DNA of 31,171 bases, taken from a virus. Taxonomy: Duplodnaviria > Caudoviricetes. Position 1 is the first letter of the stretch. Each line of letters begins with the position of its first letter. The stretch is from positions 1 through 31,171 of IMG/VR virus record IMGVR_UViG_3300032330_000367; one strand, given 5' to 3'. The position numbers were made by a program, and so were the translations under genes. This document shows, piece after piece, positions 10,592 to 19,056 of the stretch. Below the pieces are notes generated by a model. It ran no database searches. It saw nothing but the letters and a program-made list of their open reading frames with translations, and had not been told where the DNA came from.

Positions 10592-10650
10592 GGGGCCAAC
10601 TAACCCCAAGGAGAGTACCATGTCAGCAACTGCATGCCAACATGTGCAGT
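10592..10650 (-). ncRNA. Candidate structured 3'-UTR RNA element
   Basis: Overlapping stems ACTGCA/TGCAGT and CATGTTGGCA/TGCTGACATG, single-stranded ACTCTCCTT, and hairpin GGGGTT-AGTT-GGCCCC. G-U wobbles work only on the minus strand. Confidence 0.4.
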
Positions 10651-10655
10651 CTAGC

Positions 10656-10850
10656 CTAAACTCTCCATACCCGTAAACCTTTGACGCCATCTTCTATAAC
10701 TACTTTCGTAACTACAGGCATCTTTAAACGTTTAGTTACTGCCGCAATTGTTTGGCGTGCGGCTTTCTCCTCAATACAGGGTACAAAAAAAGAATAGCCG
10801 CGCCTAAACTTAGACCAGTCAATCTGATACGACACTGTCTCGATTTTCAT
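10656..10850 (-). CDS. Small hypothetical phage protein (SFFVPC...GLRVWRV)
   Basis: 64-aa ORF overlapping the primase-helicase stop and lying just before the terminator. Confidence 0.7.
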   Translation of the reverse strand: MKIETVSYQIDWSKFRRGYSFFVPCIEEKAARQTIAAVTKRLKMPVVTKVVIEDGVKGLRVWRV

Positions 10851-13671
10851 CTGTTGCTACAAAAGAATCCATCTGTAAGAACTCAGAATTGGATGCATCA
10901 AACTTCAGCACCCGAACTGCAGGGGACACAACCTTCATGCCCTTGGACATTCGTTTGTTCACACCCTCGACGTATATCTTGGCGTTGCCCAACTCTTTCA
11001 AGGTGGTCTTGTAGTTGATTTGCTGTTTAACGCAGAAATCTTTGAATTGTTTAGCCGCAATAAAAAGTTCTTTGGTATCCGGCTCGTAGCGTATGAGTAG
11101 CTCTCCACGAGGCTCGAGCATCGGCATCGACTGCAGGTTACTGCGAGCGTCGACCTCCCCATTCACCACCAAAGCATTATTGATATGGGCGTTAACAAAC
11201 TCACCGAGGATTGTGACTGGGGTTGAGTTTGGCGCTTGGATTTCAAACCGCATCTCGCCGAGCATGCCCTTGAGCCAGTCGTAGATTGCTTTCATGTCGT
11301 AGTCGTGCAGACCCAAGTTACCGGCAATCAAACCACCAGCAATGTTGCATGCAGACACGCCTGACCAGAAGCGTTCCTTTTGGTTGAACTGAACATCCTT
11401 GTCAAGCCGAGCCTGAACCTTACGCATCAGGGCGACTGCTTCTTCCAAGTTGTTAACAAGCCACTGGATGTAGATTTCACCGGCATGCCCAAAGTTCTCG
11501 CGCATCTGGTGGTCAAACATCTGCTTGCCTTCTTGCACGTCGATGATGTTGTTAGGCTCAATCTTGTACTCAAGCAGACGCATGGACTCACCATCGGGTG
11601 TGTTCTTGGCTACACCTAACTTCTCATAAAAGCTGGCATTTGCAGAACATAGGGTAATCCCTTGCCACTTGGTGTTGTTGATTCGCAACTCGTTGGTCGA
11701 GCCCTTCATCTTGTCTTTGCCCCGTCCTTGGGAGATGCTGTATGCCAAGTCTGAGAACTCCATGCCACTCAGGTTGGTGATCTCGTCGATTGTGTTGGGC
11801 AGGTTGTTCATCACGCCAAGCCGGTGCATCTTTGCATTGAACGTATCCTTGTACATGGACGTGAGTTCTTTGGGTTGCCCATACACGCTGTTGCACATAA
11901 ACAACGCAGTCGACTTACCTGAACCAGACTCGGGGTGAATCAAGTTAATGATCGCGCCTTCAAGCCCTGTGAATTTCAACAGTGGTGAGCCGAACGCTGT
12001 GAGCGCGGCAAACGCATGGCCTTCCAATCCGGGTCTAGCGTACATGTTGAACGCTTCTTTCCACTTCTCCATCGTGCCTTTAACAATAAGTTTTTCGGCA
12101 ACATCTTTCGTTGTGCTTGACGGCGGGCTATAGAACACTCCGTCTTTTGTAATTTCACGATCGCCAAGGATGAACTTGCTGTCCCCCTCGACCCAACCAA
12201 ACTGAGTTCTCATGGTCTCTGCCTTTCTAACGTACTGCAAATTTTTTATAAAGAAAACAACATACCTTGCAAGTAATTCATACTGCGACTTATGGGCTAC
12301 GACCCCATGCTGTGCCAACTGTTTGCGCAACTCATCAGGCGACGAGATAGACATTGTGGAAATGCTGAACTCTCTAACGCCATCGTGCGGTAAGTGCAAA
12401 CGGAACAAGGCAACTTCGCCAACTTCAGGGTCACGCATACGCTTGACCACGTAGAAGTCATGCTCGTAGACAAGTTTGGGCTCGGCTTCGGCGTCTTCGC
12501 TTTCTGGGCGAATGTAGACACCACCTTTTTTGCCACGGAAAAACGGAAATGGGTACTCGGGTATATGTTGTATTTCGACTGAACCGTCTTCACTCTCGAC
12601 GGCATACTCGTTATCTTCTGCTTCGGCTTCTTCAATCTCAACGCCGAGCATGATGGGTGATTTAATCTTGCCGTTATGAATGCAACCTTGGCACCCCTGC
12701 GGGTTCAGTTTTGCAAACGTGGAGCAGTGATGTGGACCACCCTTTTTTCGTAGGTTGTTGATCTTGTTGTCAACTTCTACTGGGTCATAGCTTTCGTGTT
12801 CGCTAGACAGTCTGTGTGCGGCCTTGTCACCATCTACGCAGAAAGCTGCAATAGAAAGAGCGGATCGCCACAATGGTTCTTCGATGCTGTTTTGGTTTGC
12901 ATAACAATGGTTGAGTTGGGCACACCCATCCTCACCCTTCATCATGATCGTCTTAAACCGCTTGACCTTGTTGCCCATCAATGCTTCCATCATCGGGCTC
13001 ATAGAGCGCGGAATGAAATCGGGTACATCTTCTTTTGGGTCGGGCGCACCAAGCAAGTCTTTCAACTCTTGATACGTCATGCGAGGTGTCAGTGGGTTTA
13101 GTACTGTTACCTCTTTGGCATCTTCTTGTTTGAAGTTGAATGTGCCGGGGATGCGCAGGATGCGTGAAGCCTCAAAGACTGAGGAGTCCACGATCAACCC
13201 TTGCTCAACGCACAACTCACGAAGCCTATTGGCTAGTGGTTCCCACTCGGTGCGGGACACTGTTTCTTCTAGCAACCAGTACGCATGAATGCCGTAGCCA
13301 GAGCTAACTAATATTGGCTTTGGTAAGCCGACTGCACTGCAGAACTTTTTGAACTCATCGAGTCCAATCTGCTGATCGAGATAGCCTTTGATAATGCCTT
13401 TTTCGTCGGGTACACCTTTTGTGGGGCCACAGTCAATGTCCATCCACAGAGCACGGAAGTATTTGGCATTCTCATGCGTACGATTGTTTAACGGGCCGTA
13501 CTTGGCGCATCCAAAGAATACGTCAATCTTGCGTTTAACAAACCGCTGCGCTAACTCTTCAACTTCTTCTTTAGTATCTACAAAATGCTGGTCAGGATAC
13601 CTGCCAATCCCCATCACACAGTAGCGCCCTTCCGGTGGCAGTACTGTATCCAGTAGATCGAAGGTTGACAT
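10819..13671 (-). CDS. Primase-helicase: N-terminal RepB/AEP-like primase, Cys-rich linker, C-terminal DUF927-type helicase
   Basis: Primase motifs WMDID, SSGYGIHAYW and RILRIPGTFN; Cys cluster HHC...GCQGC; Walker A SGSGKST and Walker B TIDE. Confidence 0.85.
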   Translation of the reverse strand: MSTFDLLDTVLPPEGRYCVMGIGRYPDQHFVDTKEEVEELAQRFVKRKIDVFFGCAKYGPLNNRTHENAKYFRALWMDIDCGPTKGVPDEKGIIKGYLDQQIGLDEFKKFCSAVGLPKPILVSSGYGIHAYWLLEETVSRTEWEPLANRLRELCVEQGLIVDSSVFEASRILRIPGTFNFKQEDAKEVTVLNPLTPRMTYQELKDLLGAPDPKEDVPDFIPRSMSPMMEALMGNKVKRFKTIMMKGEDGCAQLNHCYANQNSIEEPLWRSALSIAAFCVDGDKAAHRLSSEHESYDPVEVDNKINNLRKKGGPHHCSTFAKLNPQGCQGCIHNGKIKSPIMLGVEIEEAEAEDNEYAVESEDGSVEIQHIPEYPFPFFRGKKGGVYIRPESEDAEAEPKLVYEHDFYVVKRMRDPEVGEVALFRLHLPHDGVREFSISTMSISSPDELRKQLAQHGVVAHKSQYELLARYVVFFIKNLQYVRKAETMRTQFGWVEGDSKFILGDREITKDGVFYSPPSSTTKDVAEKLIVKGTMEKWKEAFNMYARPGLEGHAFAALTAFGSPLLKFTGLEGAIINLIHPESGSGKSTALFMCNSVYGQPKELTSMYKDTFNAKMHRLGVMNNLPNTIDEITNLSGMEFSDLAYSISQGRGKDKMKGSTNELRINNTKWQGITLCSANASFYEKLGVAKNTPDGESMRLLEYKIEPNNIIDVQEGKQMFDHQMRENFGHAGEIYIQWLVNNLEEAVALMRKVQARLDKDVQFNQKERFWSGVSACNIAGGLIAGNLGLHDYDMKAIYDWLKGMLGEMRFEIQAPNSTPVTILGEFVNAHINNALVVNGEVDARSNLQSMPMLEPRGELLIRYEPDTKELFIAAKQFKDFCVKQQINYKTTLKELGNAKIYVEGVNKRMSKGMKVVSPAVRVLKFDASNSEFLQMDSFVATDENRDSVVSD

Positions 13672-13674
13672 GTT

Positions 13675-13923
13675 TTACTTTATTTGGTGGTGAGCTTTGG
13701 TGTGAATGATGTAATCGCTGATCGCTTGCGCGTAACTCGGGTGCGGTTCTCGGTCACCCTTGAACCAATTGTAGATAGTCATCCGAGTCACACCGAAGTC
13801 GTCGGCAATCTTGCTAACGCTGATGTTTGCGCGAATACATACACGACCCAAGGCTACACCCAAAGACTTGATACTTGCCTTTCTATTTGCGTATACCAAG
13901 CTTTGGCTATAACCATAGGTCAT
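13675..13923 (-). CDS. Cro/XRE-like helix-turn-helix protein
   Basis: ISVSKIADDFGVTRMTIYNWFKG is a canonical HTH pattern. Confidence 0.8.
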   Translation of the reverse strand: MTYGYSQSLVYANRKASIKSLGVALGRVCIRANISVSKIADDFGVTRMTIYNWFKGDREPHPSYAQAISDYIIHTKAHHQIK

Positions 13924-13927
13924 GCGT

Positions 13928-14815
13928 TTACTCCTCGTCGCTCCAAGCCTTCACCACAGAGTCAAGGTCTTTCTTGACAGTTGGTTTTGGCTCGGCTTTC
14001 TTCTCACGCTTGGTTGGCTCCTCGATGGGGGACTCAACCTTTGGCGCGGCGGCTTTAGGGGCTGGCGCTTCTAACTTAGGCTTACCTGCCATGTCAGCTT
14101 GGTATGGTGTCATAACGACCATCTTCAGCACGTCAGGCTTCTTGGCTACTTCGCTAGTTACAGCGTACTCACCTTTGTTAATGAAGCGTGTTGGTGTGAA
14201 CAACACAGACTGATTGTCATTCTCTTCATTGAAGCTGATTTGTGTCAGCACATAGTCCAAGCTCTTGCCGTTGTTGGCTAAGTACTTAGAGTAGTTTTCA
14301 AAGGTGTGGGTGTTGTCACCAGCACCGTCCCCGAACAATGACTTGGATGCCAAGTTCATTTGATATACCTCGCCTTCAAGTGAAGTGCCAAAGTCTTCTT
14401 CCAACACGAGCGCAATACGACGTGAGTAGCGGCAAGCTTTTGAATTGCCCATACCTGAACCCTTGGTGTTTTGGGTGCAGTTGTCGCAACGCTCAGATTG
14501 TGGGTTTGTTGAACCGGCGTCAGGTGTACGACCGTCATTAGAGAAGCAGTCAGGTGCAGACGGCTCGGCATCGGGGCTCCATGCTTTTGCATAGAAGATA
14601 CGACCCACAGCAGGAGAAGCGTTAACGATGATCGCGTTCAAGTTACCCTTGACCTTGCCCATCTCTTCACCGCCGACTGTCTTACGGAAGATTCCGTTTT
14701 TAGGCACGATGCGTTTAACGCCAGTCTTACCGGCGAGTTGTTTTGTAAGCTCACTAACACCTGCGGTTTGCAGGAAGTCGGGGAGGTCTTGGTTGAGAAT
14801 AGTGAGATCACTCAT
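13928..14815 (-). CDS. Putative single-stranded DNA-binding protein with a Cys (Zn) cluster
   Basis: Start re-assigned to MSDLTIL (SD AAGGA, TGAAATG coupling). Has C..CxxC..C residues, a Pro/Lys-rich linker and an acidic-aromatic tail WSDEE, and sits next to the primase. Confidence 0.55.
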   Translation of the reverse strand: MSDLTILNQDLPDFLQTAGVSELTKQLAGKTGVKRIVPKNGIFRKTVGGEEMGKVKGNLNAIIVNASPAVGRIFYAKAWSPDAEPSAPDCFSNDGRTPDAGSTNPQSERCDNCTQNTKGSGMGNSKACRYSRRIALVLEEDFGTSLEGEVYQMNLASKSLFGDGAGDNTHTFENYSKYLANNGKSLDYVLTQISFNEENDNQSVLFTPTRFINKGEYAVTSEVAKKPDVLKMVVMTPYQADMAGKPKLEAPAPKAAAPKVESPIEEPTKREKKAEPKPTVKKDLDSVVKAWSDEE

Positions 14816-14816
14816 T

Positions 14817-15236
14817 TCATTTTTCCTTAGAACGTCTAACAACCACGGAGTAAGCATTCTCCACATTGAGGCCAAGTGGTAGAACTGTGGGATTCTCAGA
14901 GAGGAAGTCCTTCATGTTTGTTTGATGAAGTCTCTTCTCCAACAGGCCAAATGCACCATGCTCCTCTATGAAGTCGTACATTGAATCCCAATCGTTCGTC
15001 CAGTACCGTGACTTTACTGAGCGAATGATCGTGCCGTGTGGGGTGCGAATGCTGTCGGCATTCATTTCTTTGCATACATCGAGCATCTGTGCTTCTAACA
15101 CTTCCATCTGCTCTTTAAGATCGTTGTCTTCAGCTTCAAACATGCGCTTGTTGTCGGCACGCTTGTCTCTGATTTTGATGTAGATGGACGTTAGCTTGGC
15201 TAAGTCCATAGGGGTGGTTCGTTGCGCTTCTTCCAT
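14817..15236 (-). CDS. Hypothetical replication-module protein (N-terminal coiled coil)
   Basis: 139 aa with SD AGGAG. First gene after the structured leader. Confidence 0.75.
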   Translation of the reverse strand: MEEAQRTTPMDLAKLTSIYIKIRDKRADNKRMFEAEDNDLKEQMEVLEAQMLDVCKEMNADSIRTPHGTIIRSVKSRYWTNDWDSMYDFIEEHGAFGLLEKRLHQTNMKDFLSENPTVLPLGLNVENAYSVVVRRSKEK

Positions 15237-15254
15237 CTGATTCTCCTAATAAAG

Positions 15255-15355
15255 TGTGCGGCAGTAGCAGTTCACATAAAGCAGTGTGTTTTAGCGTTCC
15301 CGCTGATGAAAGGAGAGTCTGACGGCGCTAACCCGTCATCCACCACTGCCACACA
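15255..15355 (-). ncRNA. Candidate structured leader/small RNA (four-way junction, possible pseudoknot)
   Basis: A 16-bp closing stem with four G-U pairs encloses three hairpins. It starts about 7 nt after a consensus -10 box. Confidence 0.65.
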
Positions 15356-15361
15356 ATTCAA

Positions 15362-15389
15362 ATTATATTCTAACTTTTGACAATGTCAA
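15362..15389 (-). promoter_or_regulatory. sigma70-type promoter TTGACA-N16-TATAAT
   Basis: Both hexamers are perfect. The -35 box is part of the palindrome TTGACA-T-TGTCAA. Confidence 0.85.
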
Positions 15390-16773
15390 CATCTTCTGAA
15401 GAAATTTCTTGCTTGTACAAGTCAATCACTTTTTGATGGTTGTCAATGTTGTTTTGAAGCATCGAGTACATCTTGGCTTCAATCGGACTGCCCTTAATAT
15501 GCACGATGGTCATGTTGTTGACTTGTCCGGGTCGGTCGATACGTGCGTTGGCTTGCAAGTACGTTTCAACACTTGTGCATGGAGCATACCAAATGATTGT
15601 GTTGGCGGCAGTTAGAGTTAACCCGTGGGATGCCGCCTTCGGTTGGATGATTAAAACTTTTGGTTCCGGTTGCTCTTGGAAGTGCTTGACAATGTCGGAG
15701 CGTTTGTTTACAGGCACGGACCCATTGATGACGTCGCATGTGATGTTGTGTTTCTGCAAGTGCTTCTCAAGTAGCTCAATGGTGTGCGTGAACGGAACAA
15801 ACACAAGCACCTTGTGGCTCGACTCTTCAACAACTTCCTGAACCACGTTAAGCCGACTGCTCACGTCGAACTCAACCACTTCGCCCGTATCCGTATACAC
15901 CGCACCTCCAGCTATTTGTAGAAGTTTGTTGATTTGTACGGCGGCATTGACTGCTGATACTTCTTCGCCAGCGGCCTCAATCAGCATCTGCTTCTTTAGT
16001 ATGTTGTAGAACTTTAACTGCTGCGGTGTTAATGGTGCGTCTCGTTCAACAAATGTAATTGGCGGCAAGTCGAGGCAGTCGGCTTTCTCAAATCGGATGG
16101 CGGGTTGCAGTGCTTTGTGTACGATGAGCTGTGACGTTGGCTTGGGTATCCACTTGTACATGGTCAGCTTCATCATCACTGAGTCGCGGAACTGACCGAA
16201 GAAAGGTGACACACCCTTGGGGTTCACAAGTTTTGCCAATCCGTAAGCATCCACAGGCGATTGCGCGGCAGGCGTACCCGTAAGCATCCACAAGCCCTTT
16301 ATAACTTTTGTTAGATCGCGTAGGTCTTTCCAACGCTCGGTCTGCGCGTTCTTATAGGCTGATGCCTCGTCCACTACGATGAGGTCGAAGCCCCCCTCCA
16401 TGATTTCTTTCTTCACGATGCCAACACCATCAAAGTTGATGATGACGAACTCGGCACCCGCGTTCACAATTTCCTTGCGCTTTCTTGCAGAGCCGTAAGC
16501 AACTACTACGGTCCGGTGAATTGCAAACTTAAACAAATCGTTCTGCCATGCCGACTTCATGATCGACAAAGGGCAGATCACTAACACACGCTTTACTAAT
16601 CCAATGGTCATGAGGTAGTCGACAGCCCAAATGACTGACGCTGTTTTACCTGTGCCTTGCTCGTTGAAGCAGAACGCTTTGGGGTGACCCGTCAAGAACT
16701 CTGCTGTTGTCTTCTGATGATCGAACGGCGTGAACCCCGGGGGACGAGGCCACGTATACTCTGATAGGTTCAT
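15370..16773 (-). CDS. SNF2-like superfamily-2 helicase
   Basis: Motifs EQGTGKT, DEAS, LTGTP, SHGLTL and QANARIDRPGQ. Confidence 0.9.
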   Translation of the reverse strand: MNLSEYTWPRPPGFTPFDHQKTTAEFLTGHPKAFCFNEQGTGKTASVIWAVDYLMTIGLVKRVLVICPLSIMKSAWQNDLFKFAIHRTVVVAYGSARKRKEIVNAGAEFVIINFDGVGIVKKEIMEGGFDLIVVDEASAYKNAQTERWKDLRDLTKVIKGLWMLTGTPAAQSPVDAYGLAKLVNPKGVSPFFGQFRDSVMMKLTMYKWIPKPTSQLIVHKALQPAIRFEKADCLDLPPITFVERDAPLTPQQLKFYNILKKQMLIEAAGEEVSAVNAAVQINKLLQIAGGAVYTDTGEVVEFDVSSRLNVVQEVVEESSHKVLVFVPFTHTIELLEKHLQKHNITCDVINGSVPVNKRSDIVKHFQEQPEPKVLIIQPKAASHGLTLTAANTIIWYAPCTSVETYLQANARIDRPGQVNNMTIVHIKGSPIEAKMYSMLQNNIDNHQKVIDLYKQEISSEDVDIVKS

Positions 16774-17084
16774 TTTTTCTTGCGTTCCTTGGCGCTTACT
16801 TCTGACACAACTTTGTGGTTTGAGCCACGTTTGAATGAGCGATTGGCTGAGGGCGACTGCAGTTTGACTCCGTCTTTGTTAGACCCACCTTTAGATAGTG
16901 CCTTGATATGCGCAACATCTTTGCCTTCGCGTACGTCAGCACGTCCATCTTTGTTTCTGTCGGCGCTCTTCTTGTCAATTGACTCACGGGCGCGTTGTCG
17001 TTCGAGCCGTTCATCGGCTTCTCCTCTTGCTATTTGCTGTTGATATTCTTTTTTGTAGGGTCGGGGTTTGTTAACGTATGGCAT
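16770..17084 (-). CDS. HNH-like endonuclease
   Basis: DVAHIKALSKGGSN...SANRS beta-beta-alpha-metal pattern; basic protein. Confidence 0.7.
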   Translation of the reverse strand: MPYVNKPRPYKKEYQQQIARGEADERLERQRARESIDKKSADRNKDGRADVREGKDVAHIKALSKGGSNKDGVKLQSPSANRSFKRGSNHKVVSEVSAKERKKK

Positions 17085-17382
17085 AGTCGGTGTCCTTTTC
17101 CATGTGAGACCGGTTAAGTTCTTCGCGTGTCAAGCCAAACTCCTCGGGGGTTGCTTCCCAAAGTGGCTTACGCCCCTCATTTTCGATGACTTGCATGGTT
17201 TTGCCAACTGCTATGCACACTTCCATAAGCATTTCTTCTTTGTATTTATTCATTTCTTCGTGGATGATTTTCCCGATCATGTTGACCACGACCTTCTCAA
17301 CCACCTCGGCTACCCTGCGTTTAAGTTCGCCCTCAAGAATCAGGGCTGTGTCGAGTTCATCATTTGGCATTTGCTGTGTCAT
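17071..17382 (-). CDS. Hypothetical protein
   Basis: Start re-assigned to MTQQMP (SD AAGGA). Fills the gap between neighbouring genes. Confidence 0.6.
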   Translation of the reverse strand: MTQQMPNDELDTALILEGELKRRVAEVVEKVVVNMIGKIIHEEMNKYKEEMLMEVCIAVGKTMQVIENEGRKPLWEATPEEFGLTREELNRSHMEKDTDYAIR

Positions 17383-17383
17383 G

Positions 17384-17719
17384 TTATTTCCTTGAAAAGT
17401 TTCTGGTGTTAAAGAACGCATTAGCGGTTTTGTGTTTTGGTCTACGCATCTTGTACCCAAGGGCTAGAGCCGCGCAAATAAACTCGCCGTTAGCTATGTA
17501 CTCACCTTTGTCACGTTCTACCGCATGCTTTAGTGCGTAGCTACTAAAACCCATATTTATGGTCTTGCGTCGGTCTAGGCCATCATGCGCAAGTAGCCAC
17601 TCGGCGCAAAGGTTCACAGCATCCATACGAATTTCACCCTTTCCACCGAAACCAAACTGAGTCAGGTCGGGGTACTTGGCTTTTACTTTTGCAACTTTTT
17701 CTTCAAACTCGTTAGCCAT
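17384..17719 (-). CDS. Hypothetical protein with SSYxLKHxxE...YIxNG motif
   Basis: 111 aa with SD AGGA, tightly packed between neighbours. Confidence 0.65.
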   Translation of the reverse strand: MANEFEEKVAKVKAKYPDLTQFGFGGKGEIRMDAVNLCAEWLLAHDGLDRRKTINMGFSSYALKHAVERDKGEYIANGEFICAALALGYKMRRPKHKTANAFFNTRNFSRK

Positions 17720-17721
17720 GG

Positions 17722-18384
17722 TTAGTTCCTGTTGTACTCACATTGTTTTACTGAGCAGAATTTGCATAGTGGTCCTTGTACGGGGTTCCATACCCCATTC
17801 TCTAAAGCCGCTTCAATTCTTGCGACGTCTTGGGCGGGCTTTTCGATGTACTTTTGCATCATCTCTTGGTAGTGCGTAGCCCTCACGAACTCCTTGCTCA
17901 CTACAAATAAGAGGGCCGACTTCACTTTCTGAACTTCCGGATACTTGGCGAATAATCCACAGGCGACAAGATCGAGTTGCTTCACGTCCGCATATCTCGC
18001 ACTCTTGCTTGTCTTGTAGTCTATGGAGTGTGCCGTTTTCGTAGTCGGATTGATAATCACCAAATCCGCTACCCCATGCCACCACACATGCGGAGCATCG
18101 AATTCGCACGACTCTAAGTTCTTCGTCAACCCAAGTTTGACTTCGCATAACTTTTCTCCCGGGATATCTTTTAAAACGTCTAGGGTTGCTTGCATATAAG
18201 CAAACTGTTCTGGGATCGGGGTTCCGTCACGGATGTATTCCTCCGCCACAGTGTGAGCCGCTTTGCCATACAGCGTTGCCTGTGTGTCAGGTTCAACAAC
18301 GTCCCTTGCTATCTTGGTGTGGTAGTACTTCTTAGGGCACTGCTGAAATGTTTTCAGGCTACTGAATGACCAAATAATGCTCAT
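17722..18384 (-). CDS. PD-(D/E)XK exonuclease (Cas4/AddB-like, four-Cys staple)
   Basis: WSFSSL...CPKKY, G..AH, E, ADL, IDYKTS and a C-terminal CKFCSVKQC. Confidence 0.85.
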   Translation of the reverse strand: MSIIWSFSSLKTFQQCPKKYYHTKIARDVVEPDTQATLYGKAAHTVAEEYIRDGTPIPEQFAYMQATLDVLKDIPGEKLCEVKLGLTKNLESCEFDAPHVWWHGVADLVIINPTTKTAHSIDYKTSKSARYADVKQLDLVACGLFAKYPEVQKVKSALLFVVSKEFVRATHYQEMMQKYIEKPAQDVARIEAALENGVWNPVQGPLCKFCSVKQCEYNRN

Positions 18385-18623
18385 GTTTTCATGTTCCTTA
18401 CGTAAGCGGAAAAACTTGCGGCGGTGTCACCGAGGGCTTTCATCTTATCGAATTCTTTTGCTACTTCTTCAAGAACACGATTTCTTTGCGAGCGTGAAAC
18501 ATAAATATCAAAATAATAAGGTTGGCCTTCAATCTCACGCAGTATCTGCTTGCCAAGGTTGCTGTGTTTTTCAACCTCATTAAAGGCTTCGTCTTCTTCA
18601 CTTGTCCATTCTTGATTGTTCAT
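18381..18623 (-). CDS. Hypothetical protein
   Basis: 80 aa with ATGA overlaps on both sides. Confidence 0.7.
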   Translation of the reverse strand: MNNQEWTSEEDEAFNEVEKHSNLGKQILREIEGQPYYFDIYVSRSQRNRVLEEVAKEFDKMKALGDTAASFSAYVRNMKT

Positions 18624-18826
18624 GCTTGTCCCCTTGCAAATTTTAAATCTTCCAATCTAGCATCGCGCCATATATAGTCATCAAAGTCAAGAGTCCAATT
18701 GCCGTTGGCATCCATGAGTTCACTGCCTTTTCTATGTATTTCAACTTGAACAACAATTAATGGTTTTTTAAACCACCGAGTTTCAATTCGGTATCTTGTT
18801 TTTCCAGTAAGTTGATATGTAATCAT
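18620..18826 (-). CDS. Hypothetical protein (AT-rich cassette between 18-bp direct repeats)
   Basis: 68 aa with ATGA overlaps. Confidence 0.7.
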   Translation of the reverse strand: MITYQLTGKTRYRIETRWFKKPLIVVQVEIHRKGSELMDANGNWTLDFDDYIWRDARLEDLKFARGQA

Positions 18827-18840
18827 GCTTGTCCCCTTGC
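18620..18840. repeat. 18-bp exact direct repeat TCATGCTTGTCCCCTTGC at 18620-18637 and 18823-18840
   Basis: Exact match. Both adjacent genes end in ARGQA*. Confidence 0.95.
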
Positions 18841-19056
18841 TCGGATGTCGTTTGCAATCTCAGGCAAACACTCTTGACTGTATGTGTCAGGCAAACTGCT
18901 TTCTTCAACAATCTTTGCACACGCCTCACGCTCATGCTGTGCTACTAGCTTGGCAAAAATTTCAAGGTGCAAAAGCGCAGATGGATGAAATGGTTTTCCT
19001 TCCTCATCTATGCCGTAGGCTTTGTTTGCCATCTTAATGATTTCATCTTGTGTCAT
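18823..19056 (-). CDS. Small phage protein of the EREACA...IRARG type
   Basis: 77 aa containing FAKLVAQHEREACAKI...IRARGQA. Confidence 0.75.
   Translation of the reverse strand: MTQDEIIKMANKAYGIDEEGKPFHPSALLHLEIFAKLVAQHEREACAKIVEESSLPDTYSQECLPEIANDIRARGQA

Noticed and set aside
10620-10676. 18-aa + strand ORF MSATACQHVQSSLNSPYP with SD AAGGAG (type I toxin candidate)
   Set aside because: It is not hydrophobic. The same AAGGAGAGT at 15310 has no ATG, so the signal is better explained as an anti-SD in the minus-strand RNA. Not fully excluded.
42-10690. Many 60-230 aa alternative-frame and antisense ORFs over the large + strand genes (e.g. 9360-10043, 7632-8189, 350-593)
   Set aside because: Shadow ORFs of long or repetitive coding sequence, with no SD or recognisable motifs.
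15270-15340. Pistol ribozyme (loop UUAGCG pairing with CGCUAA resembles its pseudoknot)
   Set aside because: It lacks the conserved AAA linker after P1 and the P2/P3 GU cleavage arrangement.
15301-15345. Hammerhead ribozyme core CTGATGA on the + strand
   Set aside because: No stem II followed by GAAA and no stem III/NUH arrangement. G-U pairs indicate the minus strand is the structured one.
15255-15355. tRNA gene (cloverleaf-like shape)
   Set aside because: No TTC T-loop, no D-loop GG in register, a 16-bp closing stem and no CCA geometry.
17722-18384. CRISPR-associated cas4
   Set aside because: Stand-alone Cas4-like nucleases are routine in phage replication modules, and no other cas genes or array are present.
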